Assembly: GCA_963590415.1 (NCBI GenBank)
Contig: CAVAPB010000002.1
Location: forward strand, 23,665 to 87,664
Direction of reading: 5' to 3'
Length of the DNA stretch: 64,000 nt
Source: Anaerovoracaceae bacterium
Lineage (GTDB): Bacteria > Bacillota > Clostridia > Oscillospirales > Acutalibacteraceae
Shown here: one piece after another, positions 46,824 to 58,373 of the stretch
How the letters are laid out: each line of letters begins with the position of its first letter
How positions within the stretch are numbered: the stretch's first letter is position 1
Made by a program: the position numbers and the translations under genes
The notes under the pieces: generated by a model
Told to the model about the DNA's origin: nothing
Seen by the model: the letters and a program-made list of their open reading frames with translations, nothing else
Databases searched by the model: none

Positions 46824-49331
46824 ATGACACAGTATTCAGTTACGGGTATGAGTTGCGCCGCTTGCAGTGCAAGAGTTGAAAAAGCGGTAAATTCGGTTGA
46901 CGGAGTAACCTCATGCTCTGTAAGTCTGCTTACAAACTCAATGGGCGTCGAGGGAACAGCTTCACCGAATGATATAATTTCAGCCGTCGAAAAAGCGGGC
47001 TACGGCGCATCTCTTAAGGACGGCGGCTCAAAAGCTAAGAAAAGTCAGGGCTCGGACGAGCTTACGGACAAGGAAACACCCAAGCTTATCAAAAGGCTTG
47101 TAAGCTCGGTTGTATTTTTGCTCATACTTATGTACTTCTCCATGGGTCATATGATGTGGGGCTTCCCTCTTCCGAAATTCTATGACGGCAACCATGTTGC
47201 AATGGGTCTTACCCAGCTTTTGCTGACGGTTATCATAATGGTAATCAATCAGCGGTTCTTTATAAGCGGCTACAAAGCGCTTTTTAAGAGAGCTCCTAAT
47301 ATGGACACACTTGTGGCGCTCGGCTCGACTGCGGCGTTTGTTTACAGTACCTATGCCCTGTTCGCAATGACAAGAGCCCAGACAGACGGCAATATACAGG
47401 CTGTCGAAAGCTATATGATGGAATTCTACTATGAAAGTGCGGCAATGATACTTACGCTTATCACTGTCGGTAAAACTCTTGAAGCGAGAGCAAAAGGAAA
47501 AACCACGGACGCATTGAAATCGCTTATGAAGCTTGCCCCGAGCACCGCAACGGTTATCAGAAACGGCGAAGCGGTTGAAATTTCCGTTGACGATGTCAGA
47601 GTCGGCGATATTTTTGCGGTAAAGCCCGGAGAAAGCATACCCACGGACGGAACGGTATCAAAGGGCAGCAGCGCAGTCAATGAATCAGCTCTTACCGGCG
47701 AAAGTTTGCCCGTTGAAAAGGCTGTCGGCGACAAGGTGTACGCAGGAACAATAAACACCTCGGGCTATCTTGAATGTACCGCCGATAAAGTCGGAGAGGA
47801 CACAACGCTTTCAAAAATTATTCAAACCGTCAGCGACGCTGCGGCAACGAAAGCACCGATAGCTAAAATTGCAGACAAGGTTTCGGGTGTATTTGTACCT
47901 ACGGTTATGACTATTGCGCTTATCACAACGGTTGTGTGGATGTTTATAAACGGCAACTTCGGCTACGCCCTTGCGAGGGGTATTTCCGTACTTGTAATAA
48001 GCTGTCCGTGCGCTCTCGGTCTTGCAACGCCTGTTGCGATTATGGTCGGTAACGGCGTAGGCGCCAAAAACGGCATACTGTTCAAAACGGCTCAAAGTCT
48101 TGAGCAGACAGGAAAAATCAATACTGTTGTGCTTGATAAAACGGGCACAATAACAAAGGGCGAACCGCAGATTACGGATATTTATTCGCCGGTTTTATCG
48201 GAAAACGAACTGATTGAGCTTGCGGTATCCTTGGAAAACCTCAGCGAACATCCGCTTGCTCTTGCAATTACCCAAAAAGCCGAGGCAGAGGGTATCGCTC
48301 CAAAAGAAATTACGGATTTTGAAGCGGTTTCGGGTAACGGACTTAAAGCTGTGCTCGGCGGCAAAGAAATCTACGGCGGCAATATAAAATATATAAGCGA
48401 TAAGGCGGATTTACCGAGTGATATTCAGGCGAAGGCGGACGCTTATTCAAATGAGGGTAAAACTCCCCTGTTCTTTGCATATGACGGTAGATTTATAGGA
48501 ATTATAGCCGTTGCTGATGTAATTAAAGAGGACAGCCCCGAAGCGGTTAAAGAATTGCAAAATATGGGAATTCGGGTTATAATGCTTACAGGCGACAACG
48601 AAAAGACCGCAAAGGCAATCGGCGATAAGGCGGGCGTTGACGAGGTTATAGCAGGCGTTTTACCCGATGGCAAGGACGAGGTTATACGCTCGCTTCAGAA
48701 AAACGGCTCTGTTGCAATGGTCGGCGACGGAATTAACGACGCCCCTGCCCTTACCCGTGCGGATATCGGTATGGCTATTGCGGCAGGTACGGATATAGCT
48801 ATTGAGTCAGCCGACATTGTATTGATGCAAAACAGTCTGCGTGATGTTCCTGCGGCAATAAGGCTCAGCCGTTCAACACTTAAAAACATTCACGAAAACC
48901 TGTTTTGGGCTTTCTTCTACAACTCAATCGGAATACCGCTCGCGGCAGGTCTTTTTGTGGGACTCGGTCTCACACTTGACCCGATGTTCGGTGCGGCGGC
49001 AATGAGCCTTTCGAGTTTCTGTGTTGTCACAAACGCTTTAAGGCTTAATCTTTGCAAGATTTACAGCCCCAAGCACGATAAAAAAATTAAACAAAAACAT
49101 TCAAAAAAGGAGAAAAACGAAATGGAAATCACGGTAAAAATCAACGGTATGATGTGTCCGCATTGCGAAAATCATGTCAAAACAGCTCTTGAAGCATTGG
49201 ACAATGTAACAGAAGTAACCGCAGACCACACAAAGGCGCAGGCTGTTATCAAAGCAAGCGGCGAGATTGACAAAAATGCTGTTAAGGAAGCTGTTGAAAA
49301 GGCGGGATATGAATTTGTCGGAATCGAATAA
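46824..49331 (+). CDS. copA: Copper-translocating P1B-type ATPase with N-terminal and C-terminal HMA domains
   Basis: GMSCAAC (N-terminal HMA), [20 protein letters not shown], and a C-terminal GMMCPHC HMA after a Lys-rich linker. Confidence 0.95.
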   Translation: MTQYSVTGMSCAACSARVEKAVNSVDGVTSCSVSLLTNSMGVEGTASPNDIISAVEKAGYGASLKDGGSKAKKSQGSDELTDKETPKLIKRLVSSVVFLLILMYFSMGHMMWGFPLPKFYDGNHVAMGLTQLLLTVIIMVINQRFFISGYKALFKRAPNMDTLVALGSTAAFVYSTYALFAMTRAQTDGNIQAVESYMMEFYYESAAMILTLITVGKTLEARAKGKTTDALKSLMKLAPSTATVIRNGEAVEISVDDVRVGDIFAVKPGESIPTDGTVSKGSSAVNESALTGESLPVEKAVGDKVYAGTINTSGYLECTADKVGEDTTLSKIIQTVSDAAATKAPIAKIADKVSGVFVPTVMTIALITTVVWMFINGNFGYALARGISVLVISCPCALGLATPVAIMVGNGVGAKNGILFKTAQSLEQTGKINTVVLDKTGTITKGEPQITDIYSPVLSENELIELAVSLENLSEHPLALAITQKAEAEGIAPKEITDFEAVSGNGLKAVLGGKEIYGGNIKYISDKADLPSDIQAKADAYSNEGKTPLFFAYDGRFIGIIAVADVIKEDSPEAVKELQNMGIRVIMLTGDNEKTAKAIGDKAGVDEVIAGVLPDGKDEVIRSLQKNGSVAMVGDGINDAPALTRADIGMAIAAGTDIAIESADIVLMQNSLRDVPAAIRLSRSTLKNIHENLFWAFFYNSIGIPLAAGLFVGLGLTLDPMFGAAAMSLSSFCVVTNALRLNLCKIYSPKHDKKIKQKHSKKEKNEMEITVKINGMMCPHCENHVKTALEALDNVTEVTADHTKAQAVIKASGEIDKNAVKEAVEKAGYEFVGIE

Positions 49332-49758
49332 TATCAAAATAATAAAGACAGACGATATTGCCGCCTGTCTTGCAATCAGAGAAAAAGTTTTTATAAAAGA
49401 GCAAAATGTTCCCACCGAGCTTGAAATTGACGAATACGACAAGCCCGGTGCGGACTGCGAACATTATCTCATAACCGAAAACGGCGTCAATGCAGGCACA
49501 TTCCGTTGCATACATGACGCCCCCGGTGTTGTACATATGCAACGGCTCTGCATATTAAGCGAAATGCGCGGCAAGGGTTACGGTTACGCCGCAATGTCGT
49601 TTTTGAAAGAGCATTACAAACAGCTCGGGGACAAAAAGATAACCCTCGGCGCACAGTGTCACGCAATACCATTCTATGAAAGCTGCGGCTTTACCTGTGT
49701 TTCGGATATTTTCCTTGACGCGGGAATCGAGCACAGAACAATGGAATGTATTCTGTAG
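49309..49758 (+). CDS. GNAT family N-acetyltransferase
   Basis: Acetyl-CoA motif [13 protein letters not shown] 49309 lies inside the last 23 nt of copA in another frame (the ORF opens at 49267). Confidence 0.75.
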   Translation: MNLSESNNIKIIKTDDIAACLAIREKVFIKEQNVPTELEIDEYDKPGADCEHYLITENGVNAGTFRCIHDAPGVVHMQRLCILSEMRGKGYGYAAMSFLKEHYKQLGDKKITLGAQCHAIPFYESCGFTCVSDIFLDAGIEHRTMECIL

Positions 49759-49795
49759 CTTTACAGATAAATTCACAAAATGGAGGTACGCTTAC

Positions 49796-50518
49796 ATGAG
49801 TTTGATTCTTGAATTGATGAATAAGCCTTTGCCGGAAATACCGTCTGAAATAAACCAATGTCTTGCTCATCCCAATATAACTTTAACCTCGTTTGATAAT
49901 AAAAACGATATTCTTAAAAACGAAAGAATATGGCATGATGCGGGCTATCAAAAATTTTCAGACAAAAGCTATCTTGTTTCCATGTATTGCCCCATGCCTA
50001 ATATAACTCCTGAAATGATTTCATGGTGGTTTTGGTGGCATCCGCAGAAAGACGAGCGTTATCGGGTATGGTTCCCGGGAGCACATTGCAAAATCGGTTA
50101 TTCAAAAAACAACCGTACATATTTCAATCAAAGCAAACAGCCGAAATTTGAGAAAAACACTCAATTTCCGACTGAAAAAATCGGTGGTATAAAAATGCCT
50201 CTCAGAATAGACTTTATCGAGCCGTCGGAATTCGGATTTTCAGAAAAAGCAATGTCTGACAATAACATTCCTTTGATTGTATGCGGTCATGTAGGCGCTT
50301 TCAACGGTTTAATATGGCATACGGAAATGGCTCATATTTTTCATCAGACAAAAGACGGCTTGTTTTTAATAAGCAGATTTTGGCTCGGCAGAAATATGAA
50401 TCCGCTTCTCAGAAAACTGATTATAAACGATAAAATGGCGCTTGGAATGGCACAGCACTGTGCGGTTGAATACAGAAATCTTGCGGAAATTCTGCCAAAA
50501 CTTTATCCCTTCAAATAA
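49796..50518 (+). CDS. Hypothetical protein, tentatively DAPG-hydrolase (PhlG)-like family
   Basis: 240 aa from ATG 49796 after a GGAGG SD. The Trp-rich motif ISWWFWWHPQKDERYRVWFPGAH and C-terminal HCAVEYRNL (HxxxE) resemble the PhlG-like fold as I recall it. This was not verified. Confidence 0.45.
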   Translation: MSLILELMNKPLPEIPSEINQCLAHPNITLTSFDNKNDILKNERIWHDAGYQKFSDKSYLVSMYCPMPNITPEMISWWFWWHPQKDERYRVWFPGAHCKIGYSKNNRTYFNQSKQPKFEKNTQFPTEKIGGIKMPLRIDFIEPSEFGFSEKAMSDNNIPLIVCGHVGAFNGLIWHTEMAHIFHQTKDGLFLISRFWLGRNMNPLLRKLIINDKMALGMAQHCAVEYRNLAEILPKLYPFK

Positions 50519-50635
50519 CACAAAAGCGGATTATACAAGGCTCGGCTTTGTTTATCCGTTTTATTTTTGTGTTGAACGGAAGTTTCGCAAATGATATAAT
50601 AAACTTATTCCAATCAATATTAACGGAGAAGTAAT

Positions 50636-51817
50636 ATGGTTTCTATTCTTGTACTGATTTATATAGTGTTCATTTCATTGGGACTTCCCGACAGCGTTTT
50701 CGGCGTTGCGTGGCCCGTTGTTCACAATGAATTCGGTATTGCCGAGTCGTTTGCCTCAATTTACAGTATCGTTACGGGTCTTTGCTCGGGCGGTGCGAGC
50801 TTTGTTGCGGGAGTTGTGCTTCGTAAATTCGGTACGCCGAGGGTAACATTTGTGTCAATTCTTCTTACGGCAATAGGTCTTATAGGTATGAGCTTCTCCC
50901 CTAACATTTGGGTTATGATGCTTTTTGCAGTTGTTATGGGCTACGGTGCAGGCGCTATCGACACAGGTCTTAACAACTATGTTTCGCTGCATTTCAAGGC
51001 AAGGCATATGTCATGGCTTCATGCTTTTTGGGGAATAGGCGTTACATTGAGTCCTGCAATTATGTCTGCTTTTCTCGGCGGCGAACAAGGCAACTGGAGA
51101 AACGGATACAGAGTTATTGCGATAATTCAGTTTTCCATAGCCGCAGCAGTCGGTATTATGCTTCCTAAGTGGCTGAAAAAGGATAAGGACTCACAGCCCG
51201 AAAAGACGGAAGAAGCGGCAAAGGAAAAGCTTAAACTTTTAGAATTTAAGGGATTGATACCGAGCATACTCGCACTCGGCTTTTACTGCTCAATGGAGTT
51301 TATAGTCGGCACTTGGGGCGCTTCCTACGCCGTAAATGTGTATTCGATAGGTGCGGATGTTGCGGCAAGATGGGTATCGGTTTACTTCGGCGGAATTATG
51401 ACGGGGCGGTTGCTTTCGGGCTTTGTTTCCGACAAATTCGGCGATAACAAAATGATAAGAATAGGCGCAGCTGCTGCGGCAACGGGAATAATCATATTGC
51501 TTTTGCCCATAGGCAGCAAGGCTCTGATAGGGCTGTTCTTTATCGGCGTGGGCTTCGGTCCCGTATTCCCGAGCGTTTTGCACGCAGTCCCCTCAAGGTT
51601 CGGCAAAAAGTTCTCGGCAGACCTGACGGGCTTTCATATGGGTGGTGCGTATGCCGTCGGCTTTGCGTTTCAGTTAAGCCTCGGATATGCCGCAACGGGC
51701 ACAACCTTCAAAATCGTTCCCTATGTTTTGGCGGCGCTTTTGTGTCTTATGGTAATTGCAAACGAAACAGCAATAAAGGAATCCGCAAAGAACATTGAAA
51801 CGGAGGAACTTCAATGA
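50636..51817 (+). CDS. MFS transporter
   Basis: 393 aa with 12 TM helices. Its stop overlaps the next start (ATGA). Confidence 0.85.
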   Translation: MVSILVLIYIVFISLGLPDSVFGVAWPVVHNEFGIAESFASIYSIVTGLCSGGASFVAGVVLRKFGTPRVTFVSILLTAIGLIGMSFSPNIWVMMLFAVVMGYGAGAIDTGLNNYVSLHFKARHMSWLHAFWGIGVTLSPAIMSAFLGGEQGNWRNGYRVIAIIQFSIAAAVGIMLPKWLKKDKDSQPEKTEEAAKEKLKLLEFKGLIPSILALGFYCSMEFIVGTWGASYAVNVYSIGADVAARWVSVYFGGIMTGRLLSGFVSDKFGDNKMIRIGAAAAATGIIILLLPIGSKALIGLFFIGVGFGPVFPSVLHAVPSRFGKKFSADLTGFHMGGAYAVGFAFQLSLGYAATGTTFKIVPYVLAALLCLMVIANETAIKESAKNIETEELQ

Positions 51818-52371
51818 ATATAGCCATTGATATTGACGACACACTCACAAACTCGTTTGACTACTTTCAGCCGTTTGTGGCAGAATTTTTCAACGCCGAT
51901 TCGGAGGAGCTTAAAGAGAAAAATATTTCTTACGGCAATCTGCCCGACGAATGGAAAAGCCGTGAGCTTGAATTCTGCAAAAAGTATTACGACCGTACTG
52001 CCGCACTCACGCCTTTCAAGCCCGACGCAAAAAGCAGTGTCGACGCTCTTAAAAATGCGGGACACAGAATTATAATAATCACTGGCAGAACAAATGCATT
52101 CTACCAAGACCCGTACAAAACAACCCGTGAAGAGCTTGAAAACGGAAATATCGCCTATGACAGGCTGATATGCACGCTTGACAAGGACAAAGCTTGCAAA
52201 GATGAGCGTATAGATATTTTAATTGACGATATGCCAAAAAACTGCCTTTCAGCCGAAAAAGCAGGCGTAAAAGCAATACTTTTTACAAGTAAAGCTAACA
52301 GAGATATCCCAACTTCTCTTACCCGTGCTGACAACTGGAAACAAGTGTTGAAAATTATAAGAGAAAAATAA
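51814..52371 (+). CDS. HAD-superfamily hydrolase, 5'(3')-deoxyribonucleotidase-like
   Basis: N-terminal IDIDDTLT (DxDxT) motif, IITGR, and DILIDD motif IV. Confidence 0.7.
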   Translation: MNIAIDIDDTLTNSFDYFQPFVAEFFNADSEELKEKNISYGNLPDEWKSRELEFCKKYYDRTAALTPFKPDAKSSVDALKNAGHRIIIITGRTNAFYQDPYKTTREELENGNIAYDRLICTLDKDKACKDERIDILIDDMPKNCLSAEKAGVKAILFTSKANRDIPTSLTRADNWKQVLKIIREK

Positions 52372-52374
52372 AAT

Positions 52375-52941
52375 ATGAAAAATGCTTTTATCAGAAAATA
52401 TTTTTTATCCGACAGAGAAAATGTCAGAAATATCTGTATTAAAACTGCCGACGCTTCATTTAAGAAAAACAAGCGTATACTAAAGTGCGTTCCGATAATA
52501 TATAACGATTATTTTACCGAGCAGGAGCCCGACAACATATTTGTGCTCGACGACGGTAACGGCAAAGCGGTCGGATATATACTTTGCAGCGCCGATTTTG
52601 AAAAGTTTGTTAAAAACAACAGGAAAATTTACTTAAAACGCCTTTTGAAAACGCATTTACCATCCGCCGCCGTCTTGTTGATATATATTTATCAGCTGAA
52701 GAGAATTAAGGAAAATTCCGTCCATCTGCATATTGACATCCTGCCCGAATTTCAACACGCAGGCTTCGGAACAGAGCTTATCGACACTCTTTGCGAACAT
52801 CTGAAGGAAAAAGGACACACTTGCCTTTCCGTTTGCGGAATAAGCAGAAGCTCGGGCGCTTACGGATTTTACATAAAATGCGGTTTTCACGAAATTCACT
52901 GCTATGGTGCAGATACCGTTTCGCTTTCAAAAAAATTATAA
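52375..52941 (+). CDS. GNAT family N-acetyltransferase
   Basis: 188 aa with HIDILPEFQHAGFGTELI resembling acetyl-CoA motif A. It starts 3 nt after the HAD stop. Confidence 0.7.
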   Translation: MKNAFIRKYFLSDRENVRNICIKTADASFKKNKRILKCVPIIYNDYFTEQEPDNIFVLDDGNGKAVGYILCSADFEKFVKNNRKIYLKRLLKTHLPSAAVLLIYIYQLKRIKENSVHLHIDILPEFQHAGFGTELIDTLCEHLKEKGHTCLSVCGISRSSGAYGFYIKCGFHEIHCYGADTVSLSKKL

Positions 52942-52958
52942 AAAAAGAAAAATAATTC

Positions 52959-52987
52959 TTGACAACGCTTTTTCACGGTAGTATAAT
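52959..52987 (+). promoter_or_regulatory. Consensus sigmaA promoter of glnN
   Basis: TTGACA (52959..52964)-17 nt-TATAAT (52982..52987). Confidence 0.7.
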
Positions 52988-53003
52988 TTCTTGCATAAAG
53001 ACA

Positions 53004-53051
53004 AGGGCGTCTTTAAGTCTTAGGGCTTGAAGATGCCCTATCTCTATTTTT
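53004..53051 (+). terminator. glnN leader hairpin 1 (terminator-like)
   Basis: AGGGCGTCTT (53004..53013) pairs with AAGATGCCCT (53030..53039) to give 10 bp including one G-T, with a 16-nt loop. ATCTCTATTTTT follows. Confidence 0.45.
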
Positions 53052-53063
53052 ACCATACCTGAC

Positions 53064-53115
53064 AAGGCAACGGCGCCCAAGCAAGTTTCAACGGCGCAGT
53101 TGCCTTTATTTTTAT
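53064..53115 (+). terminator. glnN leader hairpin 2 (terminator-like)
   Basis: AAGGCAAC-G-GCGCC (53064..53077) pairs with GGCGC-A-GTTGCCTT (53093..53106). TATTTTTAT follows, and the SD AGAGGA and ATG 53134 come next. Confidence 0.5.
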
Positions 53116-53133
53116 CAGAAAAGAGGAATTTTT

Positions 53134-55230
53134 ATGAAAACCGTACCCGAATACTTTGGATGTAAGGTCTTTGACGACAGAGTGATGAAAGCAAACCTCT
53201 CAGCCAATGTTTATACATCGCTTAAAAAGACCATTGACGAAGGCGCGCAGCTTGACATTACGGTAGCAAATGCCGTTGCAACGGCTATGAAAGATTGGGC
53301 GGTTGCCAACGGAGCAACCCACTATACACACTGGTTCCAGCCTTTGACGGGTATTACGGCAGAAAAGCACGACAGCTTTATTTCTCCGTCTCCCGACGGC
53401 GGAGTTATTATGGAATTTTCAGGCAAGGAGCTTATTAAGGGTGAGCCAGATGCTTCGTCTTTCCCCTCCGGCGGCTTGAGAGCAACATTCGAAGCAAGAG
53501 GCTATACTGCTTGGGACCCCACTTCATATGCATTTATCAAAGGTAAAACTCTTTGTATTCCGACTGCTTTCTGCTCATACGGCGGCGAAGCACTTGACAA
53601 GAAAACTCCTCTTTTGAGGTCAATGGAAGCGCTCAATGTACAGGCGTTGAGAATACTCAAGCTCTTTGGTCACGATGATGTTAAATGCGTCAGAACATCT
53701 GTAGGTCCGGAGCAGGAATATTTCCTTATTACAAAGGAAATGTATGACAAGCGCCCCGATCTCCGATTTACCGGAAGAACTCTTTTCGGAACAAAGCCTC
53801 CGAAAGGTCAGGAATTGGACGATCACTACTTCGGCGTTATCAAGCCAAAGGTTGCGGAGTTTATGGAGGACCTTAACGACGAGCTTTGGAAGCTCGGTAT
53901 TCTCGCAAAAACGGAGCATAACGAGGTTGCTCCCGCTCAGCACGAGCTGGCTCCGATATATTCGACAACAAACATCGCAACCGACCACAACCAGATTACA
54001 ATGGAGATTATGCAGAAGGTTGCTGCAAAGCACGGACTTGTTTGTCTGCTTCACGAAAAGCCGTTTGCGGGTGTAAACGGAAGCGGAAAGCACAACAACT
54101 GGTCAATTTCAACCGATACGGGCGTTAACCTTCTCTCTCCCGGAGATACACCGTATGAGAATGCACAGTTCCTTATCTTCCTTTGTGCGGTCATCAAAGC
54201 AGTTGACGATTATCAGGATCTTCTGAGACTTTCGGTTGCGACTGCCGGCAACGACCACCGTCTCGGCGCTAACGAGGCTCCCCCTGCTGTTATTTCAATG
54301 TTCCTCGGCGATGAATTAAACGCTGTTCTTGAAGCCATTGAAAACGATACACCCTATGAGGGTACAAAGAAAACAAAAATGAAGCTCGGCGTTGACGTTC
54401 TCCCGAAATTTAACAGAGATACGACCGACCGTAACCGTACATCGCCTTTCGCATTCACAGGCAACAAATTTGAATTCCGTATGCTCGGCTCTTCAAACAG
54501 CATTGCTTGCGCCAACATAATGCTTAACAGCGCGGTTGCCGAAAGCCTGAAAATCTATGCGGACAGGCTTGAAAATGCCGACGACTTTGAAGAAAAGCTT
54601 CACGAGATGATTCGCAAGACAATTAAAGACCATAAGCGTATTATCTTTAACGGAAACGGTTATGACGACGCTTGGATTAAAGAAGCTACCGAAAAGAGAG
54701 GTCTTCTCAATCTCAGAACCACTCCCGACGCAATGCCCCATCTTCTCGACAAGAAAAATGTCGATATGCTGACTTCACATAAGGTGTTCACGGTTGCAGA
54801 GCTCAACTCAAGATATGAAATCATGCTTGAAAATTACTGCAAGGCGGTTTCGATTGAAGCTTCTACAATGATTGAGATGTCAAAGACGGAAATTTCTCCC
54901 GCAATCGCAAGCTACACAGCTGAGCTTGCAAAGGCTGTTAAAAACAAGAAGCTTGCAGATGCATCCATTCCCTGCACATACGAAATCGGCGTAGCTAAGA
55001 AGCTTTCAACTCTCAACGACGGTATTGCCGTTAAAACCGATGAGCTTGAAAAAATTCTTGCTTCACTTTCGGATTATACTGACATCGGAAAAGAGTCTGC
55101 CGCTATTCGCGACGAGCTTTTGCCGAAAATGGATGATGTCCGTGCGCTTTGCGATGAGGCAGAAACAATCACTGCGAAAGAATTTTGGCCTTATCCCTCA
55201 TATGGGGACTTGCTTTTTGGCGTAAAATAA
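53134..55230 (+). CDS. glnN: Type III glutamine synthetase
   Basis: 698 aa. The N-terminal [12 protein letters not shown]...[12 protein letters not shown] motif of the GSIII N-terminal domain, plus the catalytic region [13 protein letters not shown] and [10 protein letters not shown]. Confidence 0.95.
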   Translation: MKTVPEYFGCKVFDDRVMKANLSANVYTSLKKTIDEGAQLDITVANAVATAMKDWAVANGATHYTHWFQPLTGITAEKHDSFISPSPDGGVIMEFSGKELIKGEPDASSFPSGGLRATFEARGYTAWDPTSYAFIKGKTLCIPTAFCSYGGEALDKKTPLLRSMEALNVQALRILKLFGHDDVKCVRTSVGPEQEYFLITKEMYDKRPDLRFTGRTLFGTKPPKGQELDDHYFGVIKPKVAEFMEDLNDELWKLGILAKTEHNEVAPAQHELAPIYSTTNIATDHNQITMEIMQKVAAKHGLVCLLHEKPFAGVNGSGKHNNWSISTDTGVNLLSPGDTPYENAQFLIFLCAVIKAVDDYQDLLRLSVATAGNDHRLGANEAPPAVISMFLGDELNAVLEAIENDTPYEGTKKTKMKLGVDVLPKFNRDTTDRNRTSPFAFTGNKFEFRMLGSSNSIACANIMLNSAVAESLKIYADRLENADDFEEKLHEMIRKTIKDHKRIIFNGNGYDDAWIKEATEKRGLLNLRTTPDAMPHLLDKKNVDMLTSHKVFTVAELNSRYEIMLENYCKAVSIEASTMIEMSKTEISPAIASYTAELAKAVKNKKLADASIPCTYEIGVAKKLSTLNDGIAVKTDELEKILASLSDYTDIGKESAAIRDELLPKMDDVRALCDEAETITAKEFWPYPSYGDLLFGVK

Positions 55231-55254
55231 ACTAAAATAAATAAATAAAAAAAC

Positions 55255-55290
55255 ATTTCGGATTCCCGTATTTTTACGGGGGTCCGAAAT
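55255..55290. other. Strong 16-bp hairpin between glnN and purF
   Basis: ATTTCGGATTCCCGTA-tttt-TACGGGGGTCCGAAAT (two G-T pairs). An A-rich tract lies 5' on the plus strand and no U-tract lies 3'. Confidence 0.6.
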
Positions 55291-55313
55291 TGCGGTATAG
55301 AAAGCGGTTTTTT

Positions 55314-56744
55314 ATGTTCAACACCTTACATGAAGAATGCGGCGTTTTCGGGGTTTATTCCCCGATTGTATCTGACGTCGCAAGGACAACCTATTACGGT
55401 CTTTACGCCTTACAGCACCGAGGTCAGGAAAGTGCAGGAATTGTTGTAAACGATGACGGCGTGTTTTCAGTAAAAAAATCACTCGGCTTGGTTTCAGACG
55501 CCTTTTCTCAGGAGGACTTAGACTCTCTCGGGCAAGGCAATATCGCTGTCGGTCATGTCCGTTATGCCACAACAGGCAGCGACAGCTCAGAAAACATACA
55601 GCCTATTGTTGTAAACCACAACAAGGGCAAAATGGCACTCTCTCATAACGGCAATCTTACAAATTCCTTTGAATTAAGAGAAATGCTTGAAGAAAAAGGA
55701 GCTATCTTCCACGCAACATCCGATACGGAGGTTATTGCATATATCATAGTTCAGCAAAGGCTTCAATGCGGTTCAATAGAACAGGCGGTAGCCTCATCAA
55801 TGGACATTATCAAGGGCGCATATTCCCTTGTTATCTCGTCGCCTTCAAAGCTCATAGCAGTCAGAGACCCCAACGGCTTCCGTCCTTTATGCTACGGCAA
55901 AATGCAGGATGGCTCAATAGTTTTCGCTTCAGAGAGCTGTGCTCTCGATGCGGTAAACGCAAAACATATCAGAGATTTACTTCCCGGTGAAATTGCTATT
56001 GTCGAAAACGGCAAAATCCATTTTGACATGTCACATTGCAATTTAACACCGAGAAGTCTTTGTGTGTTTGAATACATTTATTTTGCACGCCCCGACTCGG
56101 TTATAGACGGTGTGAGCGTATCTCTTGCCCGTCAGCAGGCAGGACGGTTTCTTGCCAAGGCTTATCCCGTTGATGCAGACATTGTGGTAGGCGTGCCTGA
56201 TTCCGGACTTGAAGCGGCGCTCGGATATTCCGCAGAATCCGGAATACCGTATAATATCGGATTTACAAAGAACAAGTATATAGGTCGTACCTTTATCGCA
56301 CCCGAACAGAGTTCGAGAGAAAAAGGCGTTAATATAAAATTAAATCCTATCAAAGAAATAGTAAAAGGTAAAAAAATAGTCCTTGTTGACGACTCTATCG
56401 TCAGAGGTACAACAAGCCGACGAATTGTCGATCTGCTGTGGGAAGCAGGAGCAAAAGAAATACATATGCGTATAAGCGCTCCCCCTTTTATTTCTGCCTG
56501 CTATTACGGCACCGACATCGACAATGCAAATGGACTTATTGCAAACGAGCATTCGGTTGAAGAAATTGCCGATATAATCGGCGTTACCTCGCTCGGTTAC
56601 CTGCGTATGGAGGATGTACGGCTTCTTACAGGAAAGGATAGGGGCTTCTGTACCGCATGCTTTGACGGTAAATATCCAGTATGTCCGTCCGAGCATTCCG
56701 AAAAATCAAGATTTGAAAATAAAATCAGTGAAAGCAAGAAATAA
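55314..56744 (+). CDS. purF: Amidophosphoribosyltransferase (glutamine PRPP amidotransferase)
   Basis: Propeptide MFNTLHEE followed by the Ntn Cys, CGVFGV. YALQHRGQESAGI and a PRPP loop VLVDDSIVRGTT are present, and C-terminal Cys residues fit a 4Fe-4S type. Confidence 0.95.
   Translation: MFNTLHEECGVFGVYSPIVSDVARTTYYGLYALQHRGQESAGIVVNDDGVFSVKKSLGLVSDAFSQEDLDSLGQGNIAVGHVRYATTGSDSSENIQPIVVNHNKGKMALSHNGNLTNSFELREMLEEKGAIFHATSDTEVIAYIIVQQRLQCGSIEQAVASSMDIIKGAYSLVISSPSKLIAVRDPNGFRPLCYGKMQDGSIVFASESCALDAVNAKHIRDLLPGEIAIVENGKIHFDMSHCNLTPRSLCVFEYIYFARPDSVIDGVSVSLARQQAGRFLAKAYPVDADIVVGVPDSGLEAALGYSAESGIPYNIGFTKNKYIGRTFIAPEQSSREKGVNIKLNPIKEIVKGKKIVLVDDSIVRGTTSRRIVDLLWEAGAKEIHMRISAPPFISACYYGTDIDNANGLIANEHSVEEIADIIGVTSLGYLRMEDVRLLTGKDRGFCTACFDGKYPVCPSEHSEKSRFENKISESKK

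Positions 56745-58372
<1,628 letters not shown>

Positions 58373-58373
<1 letters not shown>

Noticed and set aside
52994-53133. Known riboswitch or leader class for the glnN 5' UTR (glutamine riboswitch, T-box, ANTAR target)
   Set aside because: I could not find the conserved cores I remember for these classes: no T-box sequence or specifier loop, no paired hexaloop hairpins, and no glnA-motif E-loop or pseudoknot signature. It is kept as an unclassified attenuator candidate instead.
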